43,658 nt of DNA from a virus (IMGVR_UViG_3300043414_000452:1-43658); one strand, 5' to 3'; positions 7,554-14,786 are shown, counted from the first letter of the stretch. Notes: generated by a model from the letters alone, not told the origin. Translations and numbers: made by a program.

Positions 7554-8991
7554 GGAACATTGCCTCCTGCTCTCGGGTGTCTGCCTCGACTCGACGTGCC
7601 TTACGCAGCACGTTCTCAACCATCGGGCGTTCGATGTCGGTCACTGGGATATGGACGTTCAGCGGGCGAGTTGAGCCAACGCGGTTGGAACGCTTCACGG
7701 CTTGGTAATACTCCTCGTAGGAGTCCTGCAATCCGCTGAACACTTGCCGCGTGCAGATTTGCAGATTGAGTCCGAAGCCGAGGATCTTGGGCTTCGTGAT
7801 GAGCACCTTGATTCGCCCGGCCTTGAACTCGTCAACGAGCCGCTGGCGTTCTTCTTGCGGCGTCTTACCGTCGATGCTCGCAGCCTCGGGAATCATGCGG
7901 GCGAGCATGTCCTGCTCGTCGTTGTAGCGGCACCAGATGATGGTGCTTTCTGTCGGCCACTCTCGCACCATGTCCACGATGTACTGCGGCTTAAAGCTGC
8001 TTTCGCACTTCGCCATCCGCGATAGCTTTGCCCTGGTTGTGATGCCGCCGAGTTCCGTGACGAACAGCTGCCCGGTGATTGCCTGTACGGCTTTGTCCTG
8101 CTCGGCGGAAAGCCGCACGTCGTCAATGTGAACGTGAATAGGCGGGATGTTGTGGACGTTGTCGGCCCAGCCGTAGGTGCTCGGGTCAGTCAGGAAGATG
8201 CACCAGTGAGACAGTGCTTTGTAAAACGGCCTGAGTGCGTGCGGCTTGAGCTCCCATCGCTCCATCGTCTGCCCGCGATTGATGAAGAACTTCGCGAGGA
8301 ACGAATTGACGTTTGGGAACGCATCCAGAAATACGGCGTGATTGGCGTACTCAATGCGGTCATTCGGTGCCGGTGTGCCCGTCAGTGCCAGCTTCCACTC
8401 AACGCCGGCCCCGATGCGTAGGCACACTTGGCCCCACTTGCCGTAGTGACTCTTGAGCATGGACGACTCATCGAGGATCAGCCCGGCCAGATTGCCGTCT
8501 GGCGTGTCGTCTCGCAGTGCGTCGTAGTTCGTGATGCCGAGCCGCCCGCCGGGCTTCTTCATCCACTTGGCGAGATCCTTGGCGGCTACCTGCTCGATGG
8601 GCAGTGCGTCACCGTAGAACTTCTGAGCCTCGGCAATCGTCTGTGCCACCACCATCAGCGGCGAGACAATGAGCACCGGCTTCTTCGGGCACGCTTCGCG
8701 GACGTGCCGGGCGAACTCCAACAGCATCAGCGTCTTGCCGAGACCGCAGTCAGCAAAGATGGCGTATCGCTTCTTCTCAACTGCCGTGCGGACGATGTCC
8801 CGCTGGTAGTCAAACAGGCCGGGCCGAGACTCGTACTTAGAAGACTTCGCCTTCGTTGCCTTTACGCCGATGTCGCCGGCGTACTCGTCTGGGAACCAAG
8901 CCATCCTGCCGTGAATCTCGTATCGCGGAAGCGACTTGATGCGGAGGAACTTGCGGTATGAGTCGATAGTGTCGTCAAGATAAATCTGCAC
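7534..8991 (-). CDS. SNF2/superfamily II helicase
   Basis: LFDYQ, ADCGLGKT, LDESS, LTGTP, GFGLNLQ and QAVKRSNRVG motifs; AAAGGA RBS before GTG. Confidence 0.9.
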   Translation of the reverse strand: MQIYLDDTIDSYRKFLRIKSLPRYEIHGRMAWFPDEYAGDIGVKATKAKSSKYESRPGLFDYQRDIVRTAVEKKRYAIFADCGLGKTLMLLEFARHVREACPKKPVLIVSPLMVVAQTIAEAQKFYGDALPIEQVAAKDLAKWMKKPGGRLGITNYDALRDDTPDGNLAGLILDESSMLKSHYGKWGQVCLRIGAGVEWKLALTGTPAPNDRIEYANHAVFLDAFPNVNSFLAKFFINRGQTMERWELKPHALRPFYKALSHWCIFLTDPSTYGWADNVHNIPPIHVHIDDVRLSAEQDKAVQAITGQLFVTELGGITTRAKLSRMAKCESSFKPQYIVDMVREWPTESTIIWCRYNDEQDMLARMIPEAASIDGKTPQEERQRLVDEFKAGRIKVLITKPKILGFGLNLQICTRQVFSGLQDSYEEYYQAVKRSNRVGSTRPLNVHIPVTDIERPMVENVLRKARRVEADTREQEAMFHESSTR

Positions 8992-9152
8992 TGGGAATCC
9001 TTTCCTATTGTGTATTTGCCGGGTTACGCCCGGCGCGACTGCGTTACCTGTGGAGACAGCCCGCAGCTGCGGCAGTTACTCGCCACCCATCCGCTGGGCG
9101 ACCAACGCGGCTCCGATGCGTAGCCGCTGCGGCAATGGCGTGCCGGTCTGTG

Positions 9153-9383
9153 TCAGTCCCCTGTGAACCGTGAGTGCGTCCGCATTGACCTGTCTGCCTC
9201 TTGCTGGCAGACGTGCTGGTACTGGTCGAGCAGGTTGGCAACCCAGCGGACAAAGTCATTGCCATTCGATTGCTTGTCAGCGGGGCCGGGTGGCTCAACT
9301 GACGCCGCGATCCGTTCCTTGTTGTGCTTGAGCCAAAGCCGCACGTATGCGACGTGGCCGGCGTCTGCGAGTTCGCCGCTCAT
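9153..9383 (-). CDS. Hypothetical protein
   Basis: ATGA-coupled to recT; GAGGTG RBS. Confidence 0.6.
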   Translation of the reverse strand: MSGELADAGHVAYVRLWLKHNKERIAASVEPPGPADKQSNGNDFVRWVANLLDQYQHVCQQEADRSMRTHSRFTGD

Positions 9384-10216
9384 GCCGTCACCTCTTCTTG
9401 GCTCATGAGGATCTCGACCTTGCCCATGAGCAGCTTCGTCAACTCGCTGAACTCGGCATCCGTGATCTCGCCTGCGTTGCTGTAGGCGTCCAGCTTCGTT
9501 CGCAGCCCCTCGCAGGCTTCGATGGTGTTGGCGTTGCTGATCGCCAGCCGTCCGTTCTCAGCCCGAGTCCGAGTCGGCTCCTGCTTCGCCTTGGGCGAGA
9601 GCACGACCTTCGCCGGTCGTGGCTCGTCGTTGTCAAACTTGGGACGCATCTCGACGGGCTCTGACGCCACGATTGGCTGTGGGTAGTCAAAGGCTTCCTC
9701 GGCAGTCACAAGACCCTTGAGAACGTCAGGGAAAGCGTCACGCAGGGCAAAGCCCCTCGCCCGCATCTGAAGCATCCGCCGGGGGTATTGAGTCCACGGT
9801 CCTGACTTGCCCCACAGGCTCGCCTTCTTGGCGTCTGCCACCGTGAACTTCACCACGGTCGGCTGCGGGTAGCCGCGACGCTGGGCCGTGCATGTGGCAA
9901 CCATCTGCTCGCCGTCGCCTTCAATGGATTCGATGACGTACTCGCAGACGGCTGACGCCTTGCAGACAGCCAGGGCGGCGTCACCGTAGACCGAGGGTCT
10001 GCCGTTGACGACAGCAATGCTCTGCAACGACTGAAGCGGGGCTAGACCAATCTCGGCTCCGCACTGAATTGCCAACATGCAACTGGCGGGCTTGCCACGA
10101 AAATCCTTGGGGGCGAAGTCGCTGTTGGCGACCATGTCTCCGAACTTCATCGCATCCGCCACTGACTGCAACGCGAGCCCGCGTGGCTGCGTCTGTGTGC
10201 TGATTTCCGTGCTCAT
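9380..10216 (-). CDS. recT: RecT-like single-strand annealing recombinase
   Basis: GAEIGLAPLQSLQSIAVVNGRPSVYGDA and WTQYPRRMLQMRARGFALRDAFPDVLKG. Start MSTEIS with AAAGGA RBS. Confidence 0.85.
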   Translation of the reverse strand: MSTEISTQTQPRGLALQSVADAMKFGDMVANSDFAPKDFRGKPASCMLAIQCGAEIGLAPLQSLQSIAVVNGRPSVYGDAALAVCKASAVCEYVIESIEGDGEQMVATCTAQRRGYPQPTVVKFTVADAKKASLWGKSGPWTQYPRRMLQMRARGFALRDAFPDVLKGLVTAEEAFDYPQPIVASEPVEMRPKFDNDEPRPAKVVLSPKAKQEPTRTRAENGRLAISNANTIEACEGLRTKLDAYSNAGEITDAEFSELTKLLMGKVEILMSQEEVTA

Positions 10217-10423
10217 GTTCCGTGTCCTTTCGTGTGAAAATTCCCGCGTTGCGTCCTGCTCGGCGGGTGTTTGTTGCGTCCCTGCTGCTCCGGTTCCACC
10301 GGCTCCCTTCCGCCTGCCTGCGTCCTGCTGGCTGGCGTTCCTTGTGCGGGGTGGCTTGCCTGTGCCGTTTCCGACCTTTGAACCGCTGATGCACCAGCGG
10401 ACAGGCAAGCGACCTTGTGTTGT

Positions 10424-10693
10424 TCAGACCGGCAGCACGCCGCCAATCGGCCACGGGCGCGGGTCAACCTCAACGATGTCCGCTGCCGTCTCCACGAGCA
10501 GGACGTTCAGACTCTCATTGACGTCAACGATTCGCCCGTCGTCGTAGCTGGACGGTCCCCAGCCCTTCAGTCGAAACGTGATGTGATCGCCAACGGCGTG
10601 ACCGTCGAGGCAGCGGCGAGGGCTGATGGTGTGCTCGGGCATCGCGGCGACAGCGGCGAGGTACTCGGCGTGGTGTGCGTCATTCGTGTGCAT
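10424..10693 (-). CDS. Hypothetical early protein (SH3-like beta pattern)
   Basis: AAGGAG RBS; own promoter at 10721-10748. Confidence 0.65.
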   Translation of the reverse strand: MHTNDAHHAEYLAAVAAMPEHTISPRRCLDGHAVGDHITFRLKGWGPSSYDDGRIVDVNESLNVLLVETAADIVEVDPRPWPIGGVLPV

Positions 10694-10720
10694 GGGGTCA
10701 TCTCCTTCGTGTGTGGGGCA

Positions 10721-10748
10721 AGCGTATACGGGCGTCCAGCGGTGTCAA
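10721..10748 (-). promoter_or_regulatory. Sigma70-type promoter TTGACA-N16-TACGCT
   Basis: Read directly on the minus strand upstream of the 10693 start. Confidence 0.6.
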
Positions 10749-10813
10749 CTGTCGGGCGAACAAAATGCGGGGACTAGAAACCGTGTGCAGTAGTGGGGCG
10801 ATGACTGTGTTGG

Positions 10814-10853
10814 ATAGCGTCGGATAGGCTAGTGGCTAGCGTCAGTTCGTCAA
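10814..10853 (-). promoter_or_regulatory. Promoter TTGACG-N16-TAGCCT with two operator copies
   Basis: AACTGACGCTAG (10836-10847) lies in the spacer and ATCCGACGCTAT (10814-10825) just downstream. Confidence 0.55.
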
Positions 10854-10993
10854 GAGCAGAATCTAGACAGTAGGGAAACAACCAGATCAATGCCGTGAGC
10901 GACCGCCTGGGCGAGATCGCTGTCGGTGCCTAGTTGCTGGCCGAGGCGGATGAAGACCAACGCTTGAATCAGGCGGTCTAGATGTCGTCGCAT
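10850..10993 (-). CDS. 47 aa hypothetical protein (not in the ORF track)
   Basis: AAGGAGG RBS; MRRHLDRLIQALVFIRLGQQLGTDSDLAQAVAHGIDLVVSLLSRFCS. Confidence 0.6.
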   Translation of the reverse strand: MRRHLDRLIQALVFIRLGQQLGTDSDLAQAVAHGIDLVVSLLSRFCS

Positions 10994-11089
10994 CGCGTGG
11001 CCCTCCTTGGCCGAGAGAATCCTGTGTATTGAAGTGCCGCCCGTTTCGCAGCTGTCGGCAGGCCGGGCGGCTCCACCTTGTGTCGTGCG

Positions 11090-11248
11090 TCAGCCGCCAG
11101 CGTTGCGCGGCGATGCCCAGCAGTTGTTGTCAACGTACCGGCGAAGGTCGTTCAAGGTGCTGAACTTTCCAGCAGACGGGCATCCGACGATCCAATAAAA
11201 CCCGCCGCGTCCGTCGAAGGCGACGTTCTTGTATGTTCCGCGAATCAT
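11090..11248 (-). CDS. Small early protein
   Basis: AAGGGA RBS; MIRGTYKNVAFDGRGGFYW; preceded by a hairpin. Confidence 0.6.
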   Translation of the reverse strand: MIRGTYKNVAFDGRGGFYWIVGCPSAGKFSTLNDLRRYVDNNCWASPRNAGG

Positions 11249-11315
11249 TGTGTGGTCCCTTGTGTCTCGTGGTCGTGTTGCCCGCTGGCCCAGTTGCCAG
11301 CGGGCTGGTGTCTCG

Positions 11316-11510
11316 TCAGATCTCTCCACGGCTGAGCTTGCCAGCCATTTCGCAGCGGAGGCTGGCGGCTTCAGCCGCCTTGTGCGTCGCGTATCCCTTC
11401 CGGTTGTTCGCCGGGAGGTTGAAGCCAGGGCGGCCCATCGAGATGTAGAAGCGGGCTTGATTGCCAGCCTTGATTTCCACCACTCGGTCGTTGCTGATCA
11501 GAGCGTTCAT
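11316..11510 (-). CDS. Small early protein
   Basis: GGAG RBS; MNALISNDRVVEIKAG; first gene after the 11562-11590 promoter. Confidence 0.6.
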   Translation of the reverse strand: MNALISNDRVVEIKAGNQARFYISMGRPGFNLPANNRKGYATHKAAEAASLRCEMAGKLSRGEI

Positions 11511-11561
11511 CGTTTCGTCTCCGGTTCGTGTCCTGCGAGTCTCACTTGCTCGCATTGGTGT

Positions 11562-11590
11562 AGTGTAGGCTATCGTCAGTTAGGCGTCAA
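11562..11590 (-). promoter_or_regulatory. Early promoter TTGACG-N17-TACACT with an operator in the spacer
   Basis: Near-consensus boxes; AACTGACGATAG at 11570-11581. Confidence 0.7.
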
Positions 11591-11637
11591 CAGGTTGAGA
11601 AAAGATTTTTTTCTGTGCGGTTTTCCGCAAGAAAACG

Positions 11638-11919
11638 CTACTTCCGCTTGGCGGCTGGCTTCTTGGCTTTCTTGCGGCTGGACACGGGCCGCTTCGCCAA
11701 GTGCTTCTTGCCGCCTGACCGCGTGCTCAAGCCGTCTCGAACCTCGCGGGCCGCAGTCGCCGGGATCAGCCAGACACGCTGGCCGATGCGGCGAGCGCCC
11801 TTGATCTTTCCCTCTCCGAGCAGGGTGCGTACCCATCCCTCAGAGCACCCCATCACCTCAACTGCCTCGGAAACAGTGAGGTATTCGCCGCCGTCGATCT
11901 TTTGTGTCATGCAGACCAT
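11638..11919 (-). CDS. Excisionase-type HTH (HTH_17/MerR-like) DNA-binding protein with a basic tail
   Basis: YLTVSEAVEVMGCSEGWVRTLLGEGKIKGARRIGQRVWLIP; divergent from the integrase. Confidence 0.8.
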   Translation of the reverse strand: MVCMTQKIDGGEYLTVSEAVEVMGCSEGWVRTLLGEGKIKGARRIGQRVWLIPATAAREVRDGLSTRSGGKKHLAKRPVSSRKKAKKPAAKRK

Positions 11920-11925
11920 ACCCCC

Positions 11926-11953
11926 ATGCTAACACCTAGCGTTACTTGGTCAA
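11926..11953 (-). promoter_or_regulatory. Leaderless promoter TTGACC-N16-TAGCAT-N6-ATG with operator
   Basis: AAGTAACGCTAG (11936-11947) lies in the spacer. Confidence 0.6.
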
Positions 11954-12007
11954 ACTTCCACCAGATTTCCAGTCCTCGCCGATTCCCATCCCGTTCGTTG
12001 CCCACCT

Positions 12008-12038
12008 CGCCCGCCAGTCTTAGGATGACTGACGGGCG
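12008..12038 (-). terminator. Hairpin downstream of the putative attP core
   Basis: CGCCCGTCAGTC-ATCCTAA-GACTGGCGGGCG, a 12-bp stem whose single G-U wobble works only on the minus strand; no U tract. Confidence 0.5.
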
Positions 12039-12047
12039 GATGTTTAA

Positions 12048-12061
12048 CGGAGAGGGCGGGA
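12048..12061 (-). other. Putative attP core resembling the 3' end of tRNA-Ser
   Basis: Minus strand reads TCCCGCCCTCTCCG (T-stem plus acceptor 3' strand of tRNA-Ser), 67 nt before the integrase start. Confidence 0.5.
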
Positions 12062-12070
12062 CTACCCCCC

Positions 12071-12099
12071 TTGTACACCTGTACACCGCTGTATACCAT
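12071..12099 (+). promoter_or_regulatory. Integrase promoter TTGTAC-N17-TACCAT overlapped by three TGTA(C/T)ACC repeats
   Basis: Repeats at 12072, 12080 and 12090; AGGAG RBS downstream. Confidence 0.55.
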
Positions 12100-12127
12100 G
12101 TCAGCCACAACAGGAGACTGACCGAAA

Positions 12128-13060
12128 ATGAAGCTGCGAGATGTGCTTGGGAAGTACGCGATATTGCAAAACCTGACTGACCGAACGGTGGTGCTGTACG
12201 GCCACACGCTTGACCGCTTCGGCGAGTGCATCGGGCACGAGCCGACCATTGACGACATCGATGACCTAGTCGTCGCCGGATTCCTCCGCTGGCGTGCAGC
12301 CACTCCGAGGAAGCGTGGCAAGCCCTCTGCCGCCAGCGTCGCCAAAGACAAGTCACAGTTAACCGCTCTGGCAAACTGGGCAGCGAAGAAAAGGCTGAAG
12401 AGAAGCGACGGCACTGACGTTGAGTTCCTGTCTCTGCCACGCATGAGGAAAATCCGCCACGCCCCGCAGGCGTACACCGCCGAGGAGGTCGCACGGATGA
12501 TCAGGCTGGCAAAGCAGCGGATAGGCTGGATTGATAAGAAGCCTGCCGCCTGGTGGTGGAGCACGCTTCTGTATGCCGCTTGGTGCTCTGGTGAGCGTAT
12601 AGGTGCCCTGCTTGACCTCAGGTGGCAGGACGTTGACCTAGACGGCATGACGCTCCTATTTAGGGCGGAAACCCGTAAGGGACGCTGTAGCGACATCCAG
12701 AGGGCTATCACGCCAGACCTAGCCGCGATGCTGCGGGCGAAGGCCGGGAACCCTGGCGACCGCGTCTGGCTGTGGGACCGTGCCTATCACTCGCTCTGGC
12801 CCAGCCTTCGGCTGCTGTGCCGGCGGGCTGGCGTGCGTGGCACGGGCTTTCACAGGTTGCGGAAGTCCTCGGCTAGCTACGTGGCGTTGGGAGGCGGCGA
12901 CGCTACCGAGCACCTCGGGCACTCATCGTCGGAGATGACGAGGCAGCACTACCTAGACCCAAGGATCACGCAGTCAAAGAAGGCGCTGGACTACCTGCCG
13001 AAGCTGGATTTGGACGCCAAGAAGGACGACCAAAAGCCACCGGAAAAGCCAGCGGCGTGA
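12128..13060 (+). CDS. int: Tyrosine recombinase / integrase
   Basis: GERIGA (R), TRKG (K), GFHRLRK (HxxR), EHLGH and RQHY (Y). Confidence 0.93.
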   Translation: MKLRDVLGKYAILQNLTDRTVVLYGHTLDRFGECIGHEPTIDDIDDLVVAGFLRWRAATPRKRGKPSAASVAKDKSQLTALANWAAKKRLKRSDGTDVEFLSLPRMRKIRHAPQAYTAEEVARMIRLAKQRIGWIDKKPAAWWWSTLLYAAWCSGERIGALLDLRWQDVDLDGMTLLFRAETRKGRCSDIQRAITPDLAAMLRAKAGNPGDRVWLWDRAYHSLWPSLRLLCRRAGVRGTGFHRLRKSSASYVALGGGDATEHLGHSSSEMTRQHYLDPRITQSKKALDYLPKLDLDAKKDDQKPPEKPAA

Positions 13061-13098
13061 CAGTTCAGATACACTCTCAACCCGAAAGGACAAGCCTC

Positions 13099-13479
13099 AT
13101 GAAACCGTTTTTTTCAATTCGCGTAGCTGTCAACAAATGGGATTCCGACGAGTGGGTAGCTCAAAATGAAGCCAGCTTGCGGCTTGTGGTTGCAAGGCAG
13201 GCAGATCGCGAAAAGGAAGACAAAGGCAGCGACGCAGACTGCCAAGACGAGATAGAGATTTCAGACACGCTCGCAGAGGCAATCCGCTGGACGTTCCAAA
13301 AGTCTTCAGGCGGAATTGACCAATCGTCAACCTACCTTGTGCAACAGATTTTTTCAGCGTGCGACGGCAGAGAAGCAGCTCTTGAAGAATTTCTTGAAGC
13401 TGAGATTGAGTGCGGAGACGTCGTGTTTGGCGACATGATCCGCCGCATCGCTAAGAAGTGCGAGAAAGCGAACATCTGA
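13099..13479 (+). CDS. Acidic accessory (moron-like) protein
   Basis: AAAGGA RBS before MKPFFSIR; visibly more AT-rich than its neighbours. Confidence 0.65.
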   Translation: MKPFFSIRVAVNKWDSDEWVAQNEASLRLVVARQADREKEDKGSDADCQDEIEISDTLAEAIRWTFQKSSGGIDQSSTYLVQQIFSACDGREAALEEFLEAEIECGDVVFGDMIRRIAKKCEKANI

Positions 13480-13652
13480 AGCCTTGACCAACTCTGTCAA
13501 TGTGACAAAACCTCGGCTCTTAATCCCAATGACCGATGTTTCGTAACGCTTGACGCCCCCTCCACAATGCACAACGTCGCCCGGCGAGCAGGCACTCGCA
13601 CTGATAAAGCGAGATCGCCGAACCCGCTAGGCGGCGTTCTGGAATCACGAAC

Positions 13653-13865
13653 ATGCCGCACGTCATCCTCCGCTACCGCCTGCCCGACGAGCAGACCGAA
13701 CTAAACGCTGCCATGCAGGGTGCCGACGCCAAGTCGGTGCTCTGGCAGGTCGATCAGTATTGCCGTGGCGTACTCAAGCACGGCGAGCCGTCAGCGGAAA
13801 CGAGGCGGCACCTAGAGGAGATCCGCGAAATGTTGCGAGAAAGGCCAGGGCTGCTTGATGACTGA
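13653..13865 (+). CDS. Hypothetical phage protein
   Basis: L-x-Y-x-LP(D/E)E...W-x-VDQ-x-CR...KHG pattern common in small phage proteins. Confidence 0.7.
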   Translation: MPHVILRYRLPDEQTELNAAMQGADAKSVLWQVDQYCRGVLKHGEPSAETRRHLEEIREMLRERPGLLDD

Positions 13866-14220
13866 CATCGTTGAACGCATTGAGGACGCATTCCGGCACG
13901 ACACGTTTTGGGACACCGACGCGCCGCCGCTTCTCAATGATGCCGTTGCTGAAATCAAGCGACTGCGTACACTCGCCGAGCACACTACACGCGACGAGTG
14001 TAGTGTGCTCGGCGATGGTACGCAGACGGTAGGCGAGCGTCTTGTGGAGCGTGTGCTGATCACGCAAGCGATGCTGGATGACAACGAAATGTTGCGAGCC
14101 GAGATTTCCCGGCTCTGCCTCACCGAATCAGAGCGGGAGGCGGTGGAAGATGCAGTGGCAGAGTTAACGCCGGGGCCGATTGCCGCCACGCTCCGCAACC
14201 TGCTGGAGCGACTGTCATGA
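13858..14220 (+). CDS. Hypothetical protein (MTDIVER.../LTESEREAV) containing an in-frame palindrome
   Basis: Overlaps the previous stop; modular small-phage-protein motifs. Confidence 0.7.
   Translation: MTDIVERIEDAFRHDTFWDTDAPPLLNDAVAEIKRLRTLAEHTTRDECSVLGDGTQTVGERLVERVLITQAMLDDNEMLRAEISRLCLTESEREAVEDAVAELTPGPIAATLRNLLERLS
13966..14022. repeat. 57-nt palindromic element
   Basis: Perfect 18-bp inverted repeat (13973-13990 / 13998-14015) plus outer CGTAC/GTACG. Confidence 0.85.
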
Positions 14221-14306
14221 GTAATCGCACAAAACGTCACGTTCTGCGCAGCGACACGTTCCCGAAACGTATCCCAGAAACGATGAAAAAGCGACGTGTT
14301 GCAATA

Positions 14307-14370
14307 TGTCCCGCTCGGGATACCGCACGGTAAAACGGCACCGGAAAACGCTAGATTGTCCCGCTCGGGA
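14307..14370. repeat. Direct repeat of the palindromic 14-mer TGTCCCGCTCGGGA
   Basis: Exact copies at 14307-14320 and 14357-14370. Confidence 0.85.
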
Positions 14371-14371
14371 A

Positions 14372-14764
14372 TCAGCCGTCAAAGATGTTCTGTTTCGCCG
14401 CCTGCCGTCGTGCCATCGCTTCCACCCTGGCGGGCTTCCCCGGCTCTGACGGCAACCTATCCGGCGGCGTCATGAACGCTTCAATGTCCTCACCTAGCTG
14501 ACTCATCTGGTACTCGCCGTCCCTCACCGTGTCGAGCACAAGCGTGTGATCGCCAGCACGGGCACGCTCGCACAGTTCGCCTTGCCCGCCCTTGCTCGGG
14601 TCGTAGAGCAGTTCAATCGTCCACGAGATGCGGGCACCGATTCTCGCCAGCTTGGTCAGCCACTTCCGCAAGTGCGGAGGCAGCGTCGTCGGCATCCGGC
14701 GGCGCTTCTCACGCTGCGGAGGCAGTTCGTCAACGGCAAAAAGTGGCGGCTGGTAATCGCCCAT
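14372..14764 (-). CDS. Hypothetical protein
   Basis: MGDYQPPLF start behind a TTGACA-N7 motif; C-terminal EPGKPARVEAMARR. Confidence 0.65.
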   Translation of the reverse strand: MGDYQPPLFAVDELPPQREKRRRMPTTLPPHLRKWLTKLARIGARISWTIELLYDPSKGGQGELCERARAGDHTLVLDTVRDGEYQMSQLGEDIEAFMTPPDRLPSEPGKPARVEAMARRQAAKQNIFDG

Positions 14765-14786
14765 GCGATTGAGTGTCGCCAACGTG

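Noticed and set aside
10250-10330. c-di-GMP-I riboswitch suggested by GGGACGCAA
   Set aside because: No upstream GGCAAA/GNRA hairpin or second stem in register; better explained as GGA repeats.
11035-11070. Hammerhead ribozyme (CTGCCGA...GAAA on the minus strand)
   Set aside because: The core is CUGCCGA rather than CUGANGA, stem II cannot form, and there is no matching cleavage triplet or stem.
12040-12070. Complete tRNA gene
   Set aside because: Only 14 nt of 3'-end similarity; no T-loop, anticodon or D arm.
11950-12711. Long minus-strand ORFs across the integrase
   Set aside because: Shadows of int; no motifs or RBS.
14307-14370. CRISPR mini-array
   Set aside because: Only two 14-bp repeats, too short, and no cas genes. 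Kept as an unexplained repeat.
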